Of a stretch of 64,000 nucleotides of DNA, positions 28,538-37,787 are shown in pieces; positions within the stretch are counted from its first letter, which is position 1; every line of letters begins with the position of its first letter. Both the position numbers and the translations under genes were made by a program. The DNA is from Ostreococcus lucimarinus (Eukaryota): the NCBI GenBank assembly GCA_000092065.1, contig CP000587.1. One strand, given 5' to 3'. The notes below the pieces were generated by a model that was not told the DNA's origin, did not search any database, and was given only the letters and a program-made list of their open reading frames with translations.

Positions 28538-30241
28538 ATGGACGCGCGCGAGGCGGTCGCGCGCCTCGCGCCGACGCTCGCGATGCTCGCGGCGATCGTC
28601 GCGGCGCGCGCACGGGCGCTGACGCGCGCGATGTACGGCGCGATGACGACGAACGCGCTCGTGAGCGGTGGGTTGATGTTCAGCCTTTCGCGTTACTTCG
28701 CGAGCGTCGGGCGCGCGCTGGCGCGGCGCGCGGTCGTCGCGGTCGATCGCGCGGTGTTCATGACGTTCGTCGTCGCGCGAGGGGCGTACGAGGACGACGA
28801 CGACGAGTACGAGGACGTGCGCGCGTTCGTGGAGGAATACTTTTCGCGCGAGTCGTCGACGTGCGAGTTTCGCGCGAGGTACGCGTACGAAGGATTTCAA
28901 TCCGCGCGGGCGAGCGAGGCGCGAAAGGGTGACTCCGGAACGCCGCAGGATCGATCGCTGCGCGGCGTCAGACTGGATGCGCTCGTGGGGGGAAGCGCGA
29001 TTCGAACGCGCGTCGACGGGAAGTCGGTGCGCGTCGCGCATCGATCCGGGAACGCTTCGAGACGCGGCGACGGCGACGAGACGGATGGTTCCTGGTACGA
29101 CGACTTCGTGCGTCAGCGAGAGAGGAACGCGCCGGGACGCGGGGACGGAGACTCGTTGGGCGATCAGTTTGAGGTGAAGATGTATCGGCTTTTCCAATCC
29201 GAGGCTCGCATGAAGGAGCGCTTGTTCGAGTTGATGAAGAGGGGTCGGGCCGCGAAAAAGAAGCACCAACAACAGCGCTGCAGCGAGCACACGTCTGTGT
29301 ACATGCCGAAGACGGTGACGCAGTATCACGAGACGACGACGCCGGGACGTCAACCGTCTCACGTGCAACGAGTTCAACAACAGTGGATCTTGCGCGAGAA
29401 ACCGAGTCGACCTCTAGAAACGGTGGTGCTGCCTCCGGGCGCTAGGGAACGGCTCGTCGCCGATGTCGACGATTTCTTGTCGAGCGAGCGTTGGTACGTC
29501 AATCGCGGTTTGCCGTGGCATCGCGGTTACCTACTTCACGGTCTCCCCGGTACTGGGAAAACGTCGCTCGTGTTCGCGCTCGCCGGGCACTTTAAACTGC
29601 CTCTGTACACCATTCGGCTTAGCGATGAACGATTGGACGATGAAGGCTTACACTGGCTCTTCTCGAACACGCAGAGACGATCGATCATTCTCCTGGACGA
29701 CGTCGACGCGCCCGGCGCGAACGCGGTATTTCGAGAGCCGGCGCCGGAGAGCACGGGAAATTTGTCCGTTTCGTCGACGCTTTCTTTGCTCGATGGAGTC
29801 ACCGCCGTCGACGGTCGCTTGATTTTCCTGACGTGTCGAGATAAGTTGTCGTTAAACCCAACGCTCATTCGACCCGGACGCTTCGACGTCCTCATGCGCT
29901 TCGACGCGCCCAGCAAAGAGCAAATCGCGGCGTATTACAAGCATTTCTACGCCGAGTGCGACGTCGCCGACGACGAGCTCTGGAAAATGGCGAACTCTTT
30001 CGCGGCGATCGCCGTCGACGTGGACAAGATGCCTAAATCCATGGCCGCGCTCCAAGCACTGTTCATCGCGAACAAGGACGACCCAGCCGCCGCTTTGGAG
30101 GCGATGCAAAGCCGAGTGACGCAGCAAAAATCCAAGCGCGTCTCCGCGCTCGGCGGCGCGCTCACGCGAAGTCGCAGCGGAGGCGAGACGGAGCAGCGCG
30201 ACGCGGTCACCAAGCTCGAAACCATCGAAGCGAACGAGTGA
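28538..30241 (+). CDS. BCS1: BCS1-like mitochondrial AAA-ATPase chaperone
   Basis: BCS1 N-terminal TM/import domain, then the AAA core with 'GYLLHGLPGTGKTS', 'IILLDDVDA' and 'NPTLIRPGRFD'. Confidence 0.8.
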   Translation: MDAREAVARLAPTLAMLAAIVAARARALTRAMYGAMTTNALVSGGLMFSLSRYFASVGRALARRAVVAVDRAVFMTFVVARGAYEDDDDEYEDVRAFVEEYFSRESSTCEFRARYAYEGFQSARASEARKGDSGTPQDRSLRGVRLDALVGGSAIRTRVDGKSVRVAHRSGNASRRGDGDETDGSWYDDFVRQRERNAPGRGDGDSLGDQFEVKMYRLFQSEARMKERLFELMKRGRAAKKKHQQQRCSEHTSVYMPKTVTQYHETTTPGRQPSHVQRVQQQWILREKPSRPLETVVLPPGARERLVADVDDFLSSERWYVNRGLPWHRGYLLHGLPGTGKTSLVFALAGHFKLPLYTIRLSDERLDDEGLHWLFSNTQRRSIILLDDVDAPGANAVFREPAPESTGNLSVSSTLSLLDGVTAVDGRLIFLTCRDKLSLNPTLIRPGRFDVLMRFDAPSKEQIAAYYKHFYAECDVADDELWKMANSFAAIAVDVDKMPKSMAALQALFIANKDDPAAALEAMQSRVTQQKSKRVSALGGALTRSRSGGETEQRDAVTKLETIEANE

Positions 30242-30248
30242 GCGCGCG

Positions 30249-30268
30249 ATTGATTGATTGATTGATTG
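30249..30268. repeat. (gatt)5 microsatellite
   Basis: 'gattgattgattgattgatt' immediately 3' of the BCS1 stop codon. Confidence 0.85.
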
Positions 30269-30364
30269 TTTTTAGACTTTTAGATTTCGTACACGACGCA
30301 CAGAACGCGCGTCTCTTCGTCCCGGTCGACGTCGTCTCCGACTGAACACTAAAATAACAACCCG

Positions 30365-31468
30365 ATGCGATCGAGCGTCACATCGCGCGCGTCACGTCTC
30401 GCGCGCGGCGCCCATCGCGCGATGTCCGCGAAAAAGAGTGAAACGAAAGTGAGCGCGTTCGAGACGGACACGTCTCGTCTCATCGACGGCGACGATGACG
30501 ACGCGCACTTCGACAGCTCGCGCTCGGTGTGGGGAAAGCGAGACCCGGGATGTTTGGGCGGTTATAACGACGTCGTCAGTCGACTGCCGTCGTTTCAGAT
30601 CTTCATGTTCGTCGCCATCAGCGCGGCGGTCATGACGGTGCTCTGGGGGACGACGAGCACGCAGGCGGAGAAGAAGGAGCTCATGAGCGCGTTCATCGGA
30701 AGCGCGGCGGTGGAGACGATGCTGAGCCTCGATAACTTGGTGGTGTTTCATCAAATTTTCGGCACGTTCAAGGTGCCGCCGAGTCGAAGGCCGGGAATTC
30801 TGGTCGCCGGTTTGCCCATCATGCTCGTCGTGCGCGTGACGCTGTTTTTGAGCTTTCACGGCGTGTACACGTACGTGCGCGTGCTCTTCGTGCTCATCGG
30901 CGTGTTCATAATTTATCAAGGCGTGTGCGTGGCGTACTTCTCGGAAGACGACGACGATAACGATGATTTGAGTTCAAATTGGATAGTCAAGGGGGTGCGG
31001 GGGTGCTTCGGGAATAGGATGTCGACGAAATACGAAGGGAGCGCGTTTTACGTGCGTACGCCGGATGGGGCGTTGCAGTTTACGCCGCTCATCTTGGTCA
31101 TGGTCTTCATCGAGGCGTCGGATTTGATGTTTTGCATCGACGGCGTGTCTACCATTTACGTCGTCGGTCACACGGACTTGCTCGCGGTCGTCTGCGGCGA
31201 TTGTTGCGCCGTGCTCCTGGTGCGCGCGTTGTACCCGCAGTTGCAAGGCACGGTGGAGATTTTCCCGGATTTGAACTACGCCGTCGCCGCGACCTTGGTC
31301 GCGGTCGGCGTCGACATGATTCTCACCGCGTCCAAGCGAGAGCTCCCCGTGTTCGTGCTCGTGTGTTTCATGGTGGCTGTGTTCATCGCCGGCGTCGTCT
31401 CTTCGTTGGTTCGCGGGTTGATATCCAAGACGTGCGCCGACCGCAAACCGGCGACGCACGACGTCTAA
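30365..31468 (+). CDS. TerC-family integral membrane protein (thylakoid TerC-like)
   Basis: 'ETMLSLDNLVVF' and 'FIEASDLMFCIDGVSTIYVV' correspond to the duplicated TerC motifs (E.SLS.DN / E.TD..FA.DS.PA). Multiple TM helices. TGTAA lies 25 nt past the stop. Confidence 0.75.
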   Translation: MRSSVTSRASRLARGAHRAMSAKKSETKVSAFETDTSRLIDGDDDDAHFDSSRSVWGKRDPGCLGGYNDVVSRLPSFQIFMFVAISAAVMTVLWGTTSTQAEKKELMSAFIGSAAVETMLSLDNLVVFHQIFGTFKVPPSRRPGILVAGLPIMLVVRVTLFLSFHGVYTYVRVLFVLIGVFIIYQGVCVAYFSEDDDDNDDLSSNWIVKGVRGCFGNRMSTKYEGSAFYVRTPDGALQFTPLILVMVFIEASDLMFCIDGVSTIYVVGHTDLLAVVCGDCCAVLLVRALYPQLQGTVEIFPDLNYAVAATLVAVGVDMILTASKRELPVFVLVCFMVAVFIAGVVSSLVRGLISKTCADRKPATHDV

Positions 31469-31547
31469 CCGCGCGCCGCGTCGCCGCGCATCGTGTAACA
31501 TACGACTCATAATAACGCAACGCCGTCGCGAGCGTTCGCGCGATCGA

Positions 31548-31943
31548 TCACGTCAGCGCTCGCACCGCGTCGTCCGCGTCGCACGCCTCGCACGCCAACC
31601 GCGCCGCGTCCTCGAACGCCGCCTTCGCCTCGCGAACCGCCCGCCCTCGCGGCGCGCGATTCGACGCCGCCGCCGTCGCCGTCGCGCGTCGTCCCTCCAA
31701 AGCTTCGATCACGCGCGTTCGCGCGCGCCGCGCGTCCACCGCGACGCACGCGCGTCCGTCGTCGCGTCGCGCGCGCGCGAGCGCCAGGAATCCTCGTCGC
31801 AGCGCGCGCTCGAGCTCGAGTTTCGTCGCCATCGCGCGCGCGCACGCGTCGAGCGCCGCGCGCAGCTCGTCGTCGGGTCGCGTCGACGCGCCTGGGCGCG
31901 CGCGACGCGCCGCGCGCGACGACGACGACGCGCACGCGCCCAT
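31548..31943 (-). CDS. Small hypothetical protein beginning MGACASS (predicted N-myristoylation/palmitoylation motif)
   Basis: 131 aa from an ATG lying inside the 18-nt inverted repeat it shares with the divergent neighbour. Downstream frame is open. No homology. Confidence 0.4.
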   Translation of the reverse strand: MGACASSSSRAARRARPGASTRPDDELRAALDACARAMATKLELERALRRGFLALARARRDDGRACVAVDARRARTRVIEALEGRRATATAAASNRAPRGRAVREAKAAFEDAARLACEACDADDAVRALT

Positions 31944-32039
31944 CGGCGACGAGTGCGGCCGCGGCACATCGCGAAGACGACGCGACGCGAAGCGAACGCG
32001 TCGCAAAGCGCGAGGGCGAGCCCGAGGCGCGCGCGCGAC

Positions 32040-32864
32040 ATGGGCGCGTGCGCGTCGCGCGCGCCCGCGTCGTCGCGCGAGACGACGGACGGCGTCGAAT
32101 CGCGCGACTCGAGCGCGACGACGACGACGACGACGACGACGGCGGTGGACGGCGGCGACGGGAAGGCGCGCGAGCGAAGCGACGGCGTGCCGACGCCGCG
32201 ACACTGGGACGAGGGCGACGGCGCGGCGCGCGCGAGCGACGCGGACGGGTTGCCGCGACGCGTGCGGGCGCTGGAGGCGGATTGGGAGGCGACGGCGAGA
32301 CGATCGGCGACGGAACGGCGAGCGCACGCGGTGATGCTCGCGGAGGAGCGCGCGGTGCGGAAAAGATTGATGGAGGGGATGTCGGACGAGCGAAGGATGC
32401 GAGGACTGGGCGCGGGAGGGCGGGACGACGCGACGCTGCGGGAGATTCGAGAACGCGGGGCGACGCACACGACGTTCGGCGCGGTGTTGGATCGGCGGTA
32501 CGTCACGGGATTGGTGGACAGCACGAGCGATGCGATCGAGTTGAAAGGCGTGCGGAGGGCGAATTCGGTGTCGCCGCCGCTGTGCGATGCGAACGATTCG
32601 GTGGACGCGATGAGTCGAGCGTCGTTCGGGTCGGCGTTCGCGGCGAGCGCGACGGCGATGTCGGTGTCGACGAGCGTGTCGGAGAGGCTGAGGGACGAGG
32701 ACGGCGGCGCGGGGGACACGACACCGCGCTCTCCGCGGGTGACGAATGACTTCCCCGAAGACGCCGAGGTTCCCACGCGCACGACGCCGTTTAGCGATCG
32801 AGTCGAGCGACAACTGCAGGCTTCGGCGCTCAAGGGAAAACGTCCCGAAGAGGCGACGCCGTGA
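32040..32864 (+). CDS. Hypothetical protein beginning MGACASR (predicted N-myristoylation/palmitoylation motif); Thr- and Asp-rich
   Basis: 275 aa from ATG 32040. Gly2/Cys3/Ser6 fit the MGxxxS consensus. It is divergent from the small MGACAS gene. Confidence 0.45.
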   Translation: MGACASRAPASSRETTDGVESRDSSATTTTTTTTAVDGGDGKARERSDGVPTPRHWDEGDGAARASDADGLPRRVRALEADWEATARRSATERRAHAVMLAEERAVRKRLMEGMSDERRMRGLGAGGRDDATLREIRERGATHTTFGAVLDRRYVTGLVDSTSDAIELKGVRRANSVSPPLCDANDSVDAMSRASFGSAFAASATAMSVSTSVSERLRDEDGGAGDTTPRSPRVTNDFPEDAEVPTRTTPFSDRVERQLQASALKGKRPEEATP

Positions 32865-32944
32865 AGCGCGACGCTTCGCAATCGTAGCACACCAGTAGCA
32901 ACAGTAATTCACCAGTATCAGTAGTTGTTGTAGTTCTATCATCG

Positions 32945-34060
32945 TCAAGCCGCGAGCGCCGTCGGCCGTTGTGGCCGCGTCGCTTTGCAATCGGGGAATT
33001 TCCGCGACACGGCCACGATTGGGTAGTGATCGCTGAGAGCCAACCCCCGAGCGTCTCGACACATCGCATGGTGTACGTAGCCAGAGTCTGCGTGTCTGTG
33101 GTGCAGCGGCACGCCGCGCGTGACCATCGATGAGAGGTCGATGACGTAGTCGAGGACGACTTTCGGCACTAAATCGATGTATCGCGACTCGCCGAGACAC
33201 GGCAACACGACGTGCCGCCAACGCGCGACGGGAAAGGTCAAACGAAAACTTCGGTCGACACCTCTCGTCGATCCTTCTCGTCCAGCGATCGATCCATCGA
33301 TATCAGTCAACGGCGCCATGAGATCGACGGATCCGGGAAATTTGTTCATCAGATCTTCGTACTCGCCCGAGCCAGCGACGATGTTCAAGTCGCCGACGAG
33401 CATAATCCGATCGACCTCGTACCCGTTACCCGCGCATTCCATCTCCGCGCGATGCACCACGTCCTTGATGCACGAGATCTGCTTCGCACGCGTGTCTCGC
33501 CCGGATGACCAGTAGTCGGACTGCAGGTGCGTGTTGAGCACGATGGCGACTCGCGTCGTCGGGTCCTCCGCCGCAGTCAAGCGCAAAAAGCTCGTGCTCA
33601 CGCCTTTGGTGAACGACAATCTCTCGACCCCTTTCGCCGGTAGCGCAGTGAAGTGGTTGCACACCATCGAGAATTTTGACGCGATCATCAACCCGCATCG
33701 GGCGCTCGGGGCGTAAACGAATGGAAACTCCTCGCGCAGCGCCACTTTCAAAGCCTTGGCCGCTTCGACTTCCCACATTTCTTGCAAACACACGACGTCG
33801 ATCGCGTCCGCTCGAGAACAGCACAGAATGTTATTCGCCATCGCGTGCGCGCGCTTCGCGATGTCCGTTCTCGTCCCTCCTTGACCTGCAAACACGCCCG
33901 GCAACATTTGCGCGTTCCACGTGCACACCTTCAACAACGAGTTCATCCCAGCGGGGCGCTCGCGCGCGAGCGCGTCGTCGAGGGCGCGCGTGCGGGCGTC
34001 GAGCGCGTGTGTGTGAGCGATATCTACGGTCGACGGCGGCTGATTCGCGTGCGGTACCAT
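32945..34060 (-). CDS. Endonuclease/exonuclease/phosphatase (EEP) family protein, neutral sphingomyelinase/nocturnin-like
   Basis: 'CTWNAQ', 'VVCLQEMW', 'LNTHL', 'LVGDLN' and 'SDHYPI' are EEP catalytic motifs. Start at the internal ATG 'MVPHANQ' (~34060), or at 34168. Confidence 0.65.
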   Translation of the reverse strand: MVPHANQPPSTVDIAHTHALDARTRALDDALARERPAGMNSLLKVCTWNAQMLPGVFAGQGGTRTDIAKRAHAMANNILCCSRADAIDVVCLQEMWEVEAAKALKVALREEFPFVYAPSARCGLMIASKFSMVCNHFTALPAKGVERLSFTKGVSTSFLRLTAAEDPTTRVAIVLNTHLQSDYWSSGRDTRAKQISCIKDVVHRAEMECAGNGYEVDRIMLVGDLNIVAGSGEYEDLMNKFPGSVDLMAPLTDIDGSIAGREGSTRGVDRSFRLTFPVARWRHVVLPCLGESRYIDLVPKVVLDYVIDLSSMVTRGVPLHHRHADSGYVHHAMCRDARGLALSDHYPIVAVSRKFPDCKATRPQRPTALAA

Positions 34061-34333
34061 GGCGTCGCGTTGTGAAGTTCGAGGCGCCGTCGCGTCGTCT
34101 CGGCTCGCGCGACGAATAGCCGAGCGCGCGTGGATTTCACTGGAAGCTAGTCGACACCAATCGTGCACCGTGCCGTGCGCGAGGAGCAGAGTAAATGTAA
34201 ATCGTAAATGGATTTTACAAGCTATCCAACGCCAATCACGACGTCGCGCGCTCCCCTTCTAAAGTAATTGAGAATAGTCACCACGTAAGAGCGTAAATGA
34301 AATTTCTCGTGTCACGACATCCGCTACGTCTGC

Positions 34334-35353
34334 TTAGAAGACGCCGAGAGTGATCGCCTTGTCGATCGGGAGGCAGGCACCGATGCCCATCCAAATCGCG
34401 TAGAAGGTACCGACCAAGAAAACCGTCATCGCCAACGGTCGGCGGAACGGGTTTTGGAACTTGTTGATCGACTCGAGGAACGGCACGGTGATCAAACCAA
34501 CCGGCACGGCAGCCATGGAGAGGACACCGAGGAGCTTGTTCGGGATCACGCGAAGCGCGTTGAAAGTCGGGAAGAAGTACCACTCCGGCAAAATTTCGAG
34601 CGGCGTGGCGAACGGATCCGCCGGCTCGCCGAGCTGGGTCGGTTCCATCACCGCGAGGCCGATGCACAACGCGATGGTACCGAGGATAACGACCGGGAAA
34701 ATGTAGAGTAAATCGTTCGGCCACGCCGGTTCGCCGTAGTAGTTGTGACCCATGCCCTTGGCGAGCTTGGCGCGGAGCACCGGGTCGGACAAGTCGGGCT
34801 TCTTCGTCACCGACGCGACGACTTGGAAGTTACCGCGAGCCTTCGGGGAGACACTGCGATCGCGCGCGAATCGTCGCTTCGTCAGTCTTCATTCATTCGC
34901 CCTCGCGCGCGCGTCCACGCCGCCGTCACCGCCGCGCCGATCCTCATCCGTCGTCTCGCGCGTCCGCGCGCGCGCGTCCGTCGTCCCGCGCCAAACCCTA
35001 TCTTATCATGGGGGGATCGCGATCCCGTCGCGCTTCGTCGCCCGCCCGCGCGTCGCGCGCCGCGCCGACCCCCGATACCCGCCCGCTCCACCGACGCATC
35101 CCTCGCCATTCGCATCGCATCGCGCGTCCCGCGCGTCCCGCGCATCGTTTCGCGCGTCGCCTCGCGCGTCGTCATCCGCCCTCGATCGCGTCCCGTTCGC
35201 GTCGCGCGTCGCCCATTCATCCCCCACGCACCGCAACGGATCGAACCCCCTCACGGCGCCGAACTGCGCGCGCGCCGCGGTGGATTTTTGCGTCGCGCGC
35301 GCGCGCGCGACGACGCGCGGTCGCGCGACGTTGGAGAGCGTTTGCGCGATCAT
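34334..35353 (-). CDS. petD: Cytochrome b6-f complex subunit IV (petD), nuclear copy. Proposed exons 35255..35353 (transit peptide) and 34334..34877; intron ~34878..35254
   Basis: Exon 2 encodes '[44 protein letters not shown]...PEWYFFP...PFRRP...LTLGVF', near-identical to plastid petD. Codon usage is GC3-rich. The track ORF begins with GTG and there is no in-frame ATG. A stop lies 10 codons upstream, so an upstream exon is required. The candidate exon 1 '[33 protein letters not shown]' ends at a GTGAGG donor. An AAG acceptor would restore the frame (...[21 protein letters not shown]|SVTKKPDL). Confidence 0.65.
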
Positions 35354-35380
35354 CGTCTCGTCGCGGTGTGCCGTCGTCGA

Positions 35381-35424
35381 CGCGTCGTCGCGCGTCGTCG
35401 CGCGTCGTCGCGCGTCGTCGCGCG
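35381..35424. repeat. 10-nt tandem repeat (cgcgtcgtcg) x ~4.5
   Basis: 'cgcgtcgtcgcgcgtcgtcgcgcgtcgtcgcgcgtcgtcgcgcg' in the petD/TPR intergenic region. Confidence 0.75.
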
Positions 35425-35732
35425 TTTATTTCGCCCCACGGCTCGTAGTCGAGACGCGCGTAAGCCCATCGAGACGTCGCGATCGTCGTCGCCGCCTGCG
35501 CCGCGTCATCGTTCGGTGCGCCATTCGGGACGGGGTTTCATTCATGCGCGCGCGGGTTTATCGTTCGCGCGCTTTCGCGCGTCGCGAGACGTTCGTCTTA
35601 TATTGTACTCGATCTGAAGCCCATGTATTACGCGCGGCGCGCGCGCGGGCGTCGACATCGCATCCGTCGGTAGCGGCGCCGCGAGACGCGCGCGCGCGTC
35701 GCGTCGGGTCGGGCGAGCGTCGGCGAGCCGCG

Positions 35733-36749
35733 ATGGACGACGACGTCGCGCGCGGCGCGCCCGGCGCGGCGCTCGCGGACGCCGCGCGCGCGGTTCGCGA
35801 GCGACGCGCGCGAGGCGACGATGATTACGACGACGACGACGCGACGGCGACGACGACGGCGCGTCGTGGACGCGCGCGGGACGCGGTCGCGCGCGCGCGG
35901 GCGCTGATGGCGCGCGGACGACGCGCGGAGGCGAAGGCGGCGCTGGACGGCGCGGCGGTGGGGCGAGACGACGACGACGACGACGACGCGACGTTCGCGC
36001 TCGCGGCGCTTCGCGCGGAACTGCCGTATCATTTGAACGATGCGCGCGGCTCGTTGGACGCGATGTGCGCGGTGCACGCGATGTGCGCGAGAGAGGCGCG
36101 GGAGGCGCGCGGGGCGGAGGCGCGAGAGGCGTGGCGGCGGAGACGCGACGCGGCGGCGAGGGGGGTGGCGAGACGACACATGTTGGGCGATGATCCGCGC
36201 GCCGCGCTCGTGTGGCTCGATGCGTTGGCGCGTAGCGAACCGGACGAACCGGCGCACTTTTCCGCGGCGGGACGCGCGCACTTGATGATGGGAGACTTAG
36301 AGGGCGCGCGGCTGTGTTTCGAGGCGGCGGAGAAGAAGACGGCGGCGCTCGGCGAGGCGGCGACGGAGGCGCAGCGCGGGCGCGTGTTGCGCGATCGCGG
36401 TGATTACTTTCTCACGGGGTTGAGGTTTCCCGAAGCCAGGACCGCGTTCGCGGCGGCGATGGCGAAGGGCGAGACGGACGTCGCGGCCAAGGTGAACTCG
36501 GCGGTGGCGGCGGTGTACGACGGCGATTTGAATTCTTCGCGCGCGCTTCTAGAGAGCGGTTTGGCGAACGTCGTGAACGCTGATGTGAATTCAAAGGCGC
36601 GCGCGTTCATCTCTCCGAGTGTGGTGAAAAACTTGAATAGCATATACGAGCTCACGGCGCGTTCGCCCGCCGAGGCCAAGCGCGCGATGAACGACTTCAT
36701 CAAGCTCGTCGCGCCCGAGGACTTTGACGTCACGTGCATGGCGACCTAG
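35733..36749 (+). CDS. TPR-like helical repeat protein (hypothetical)
   Basis: Start 'MDDDVARGAPG' (ATG ~35733). The C-terminal half forms Ala/Leu-rich helical repeats. The upstream part of the track ORF is antisense to the petD region and was rejected. TGTAA lies ~70 nt past the stop. Confidence 0.5.
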   Translation: MDDDVARGAPGAALADAARAVRERRARGDDDYDDDDATATTTARRGRARDAVARARALMARGRRAEAKAALDGAAVGRDDDDDDDATFALAALRAELPYHLNDARGSLDAMCAVHAMCAREAREARGAEAREAWRRRRDAAARGVARRHMLGDDPRAALVWLDALARSEPDEPAHFSAAGRAHLMMGDLEGARLCFEAAEKKTAALGEAATEAQRGRVLRDRGDYFLTGLRFPEARTAFAAAMAKGETDVAAKVNSAVAAVYDGDLNSSRALLESGLANVVNADVNSKARAFISPSVVKNLNSIYELTARSPAEAKRAMNDFIKLVAPEDFDVTCMAT

Positions 36750-36874
36750 CCCTCGCGTCTTAGCACATAGACAGCGCGCGCGCGGCTGCCGCGAATGACG
36801 TGTACACGTACGGTTTGTAATTAAAAAATGCGCTTTGCTAAGAAAAGTTATGTGTGTGTTCTACGGTGCTGACG

Positions 36875-37681
36875 TTAAACGTTTACGTTCAACGCCTTGG
36901 AGATGGCGAATGAAACCAAATACGCGGACGCCGCGGCGAGCGTACCGTTCAAGAGCATATACAGCGCGCTACTCGTGACGTTTTGATTCGTGAACTTCGC
37001 TTTGGCCGCGCCCAAAGCGGCCATCGTCATCGCGGTGAGTCCGCACGCCAACCCGAAGAGCGCGTCCCCGTTCGCCCCTCCGATCGCTCGCCCGAAAACG
37101 TACGGCACGAGCGGAACGAAACCAAACAGCGCGAACGCGCAAAACGTCACCAGCCCATTCTTCGCCGGTGAATCCGTTTCATCCGGCGGCATTAACCCGA
37201 GCTCCTCGACCATCATCAAGTCCAAGAAGAAGTTTTTATACTTTGCCAAGCGCTCGATCACCATCGTCGCGTCCTCTTCGCTCACGCCGCGCGCCATGAA
37301 AAGCTCAATCATTTCTCGTTTCTCTCCCTCTGGATAGTTTTCTAATTCCCATTTCTCCCGCTTCTTTTCCGTCTTCGCGTAGTCGAGCTCCGCCTTGCTC
37401 GAAAGGTAATCTCCGAACCCCATGGATATACCGTCGGCCACGAGGTTGGCGAATCCCATCAAAAGCACGACTTCCGTGCTCAGCCCGCCACCCTTGCTCG
37501 CGGCGACGACGGCAAAGGTCGTGATGGTGCCGTCCAGTCCGCCGAAGACGAGAGATTTGACGTACTTGCCAGCCTCCCCCGCGTGACCGGCTTCTATTTC
37601 GCTGTCGTGCGCGGCGCGGCTTGCCGCCGCGTCGGCGCTCTCGAACGCATTCTTCGCCGCGTCGAGATCTCGAGTGGCCAT
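36875..37681 (-). CDS. Vacuolar iron transporter (VIT1/CCC1 family)
   Basis: 'FGGLDGTITTFAVVAA...GFANLVADGISMGFGDY' and the C-terminal TM bundle are the VIT-family signature. Start 'MATRDLDAAKN' (~37681). Confidence 0.8.
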   Translation of the reverse strand: MATRDLDAAKNAFESADAAASRAAHDSEIEAGHAGEAGKYVKSLVFGGLDGTITTFAVVAASKGGGLSTEVVLLMGFANLVADGISMGFGDYLSSKAELDYAKTEKKREKWELENYPEGEKREMIELFMARGVSEEDATMVIERLAKYKNFFLDLMMVEELGLMPPDETDSPAKNGLVTFCAFALFGFVPLVPYVFGRAIGGANGDALFGLACGLTAMTMAALGAAKAKFTNQNVTSSALYMLLNGTLAAASAYLVSFAISKALNVNV

Positions 37682-37787
37682 CGTCGCTGAATTCCGCGCC
37701 GGCGTCGAGGAGTGACGCGCGAAGGGCGTCAAACGTCCTAGGAAAAAGTCGGACGGATGGATAGACGCGACCGCGTCGCCGGAATCG

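Noticed and set aside
31921-31990. Local mismatch of 1-2 nt between the six-frame track and my hand translation around 31.92-31.99 kb and at ~2.45 kb
   Set aside because: This is probably my own counting or reading error at line boundaries. Net offsets cancel and downstream coordinates agree with the track. It is not treated as a biological frameshift.
31548-33221. 557-aa minus-strand track ORF spanning the MGACAS twin locus
   Set aside because: Only the last 131 codons, from the internal MGACASS ATG, look gene-like. The upstream 420 codons are antisense to the plus-strand gene and Arg/His-rich.
34752-35730. N-terminal 327 codons of the 665-aa plus-strand ORF (Ser/Arg/Pro-rich)
   Set aside because: It is antisense to the petD exon and presequence region and is low complexity. 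The TPR-like gene is taken to start at the 'MDDDVARG' ATG (~35733).
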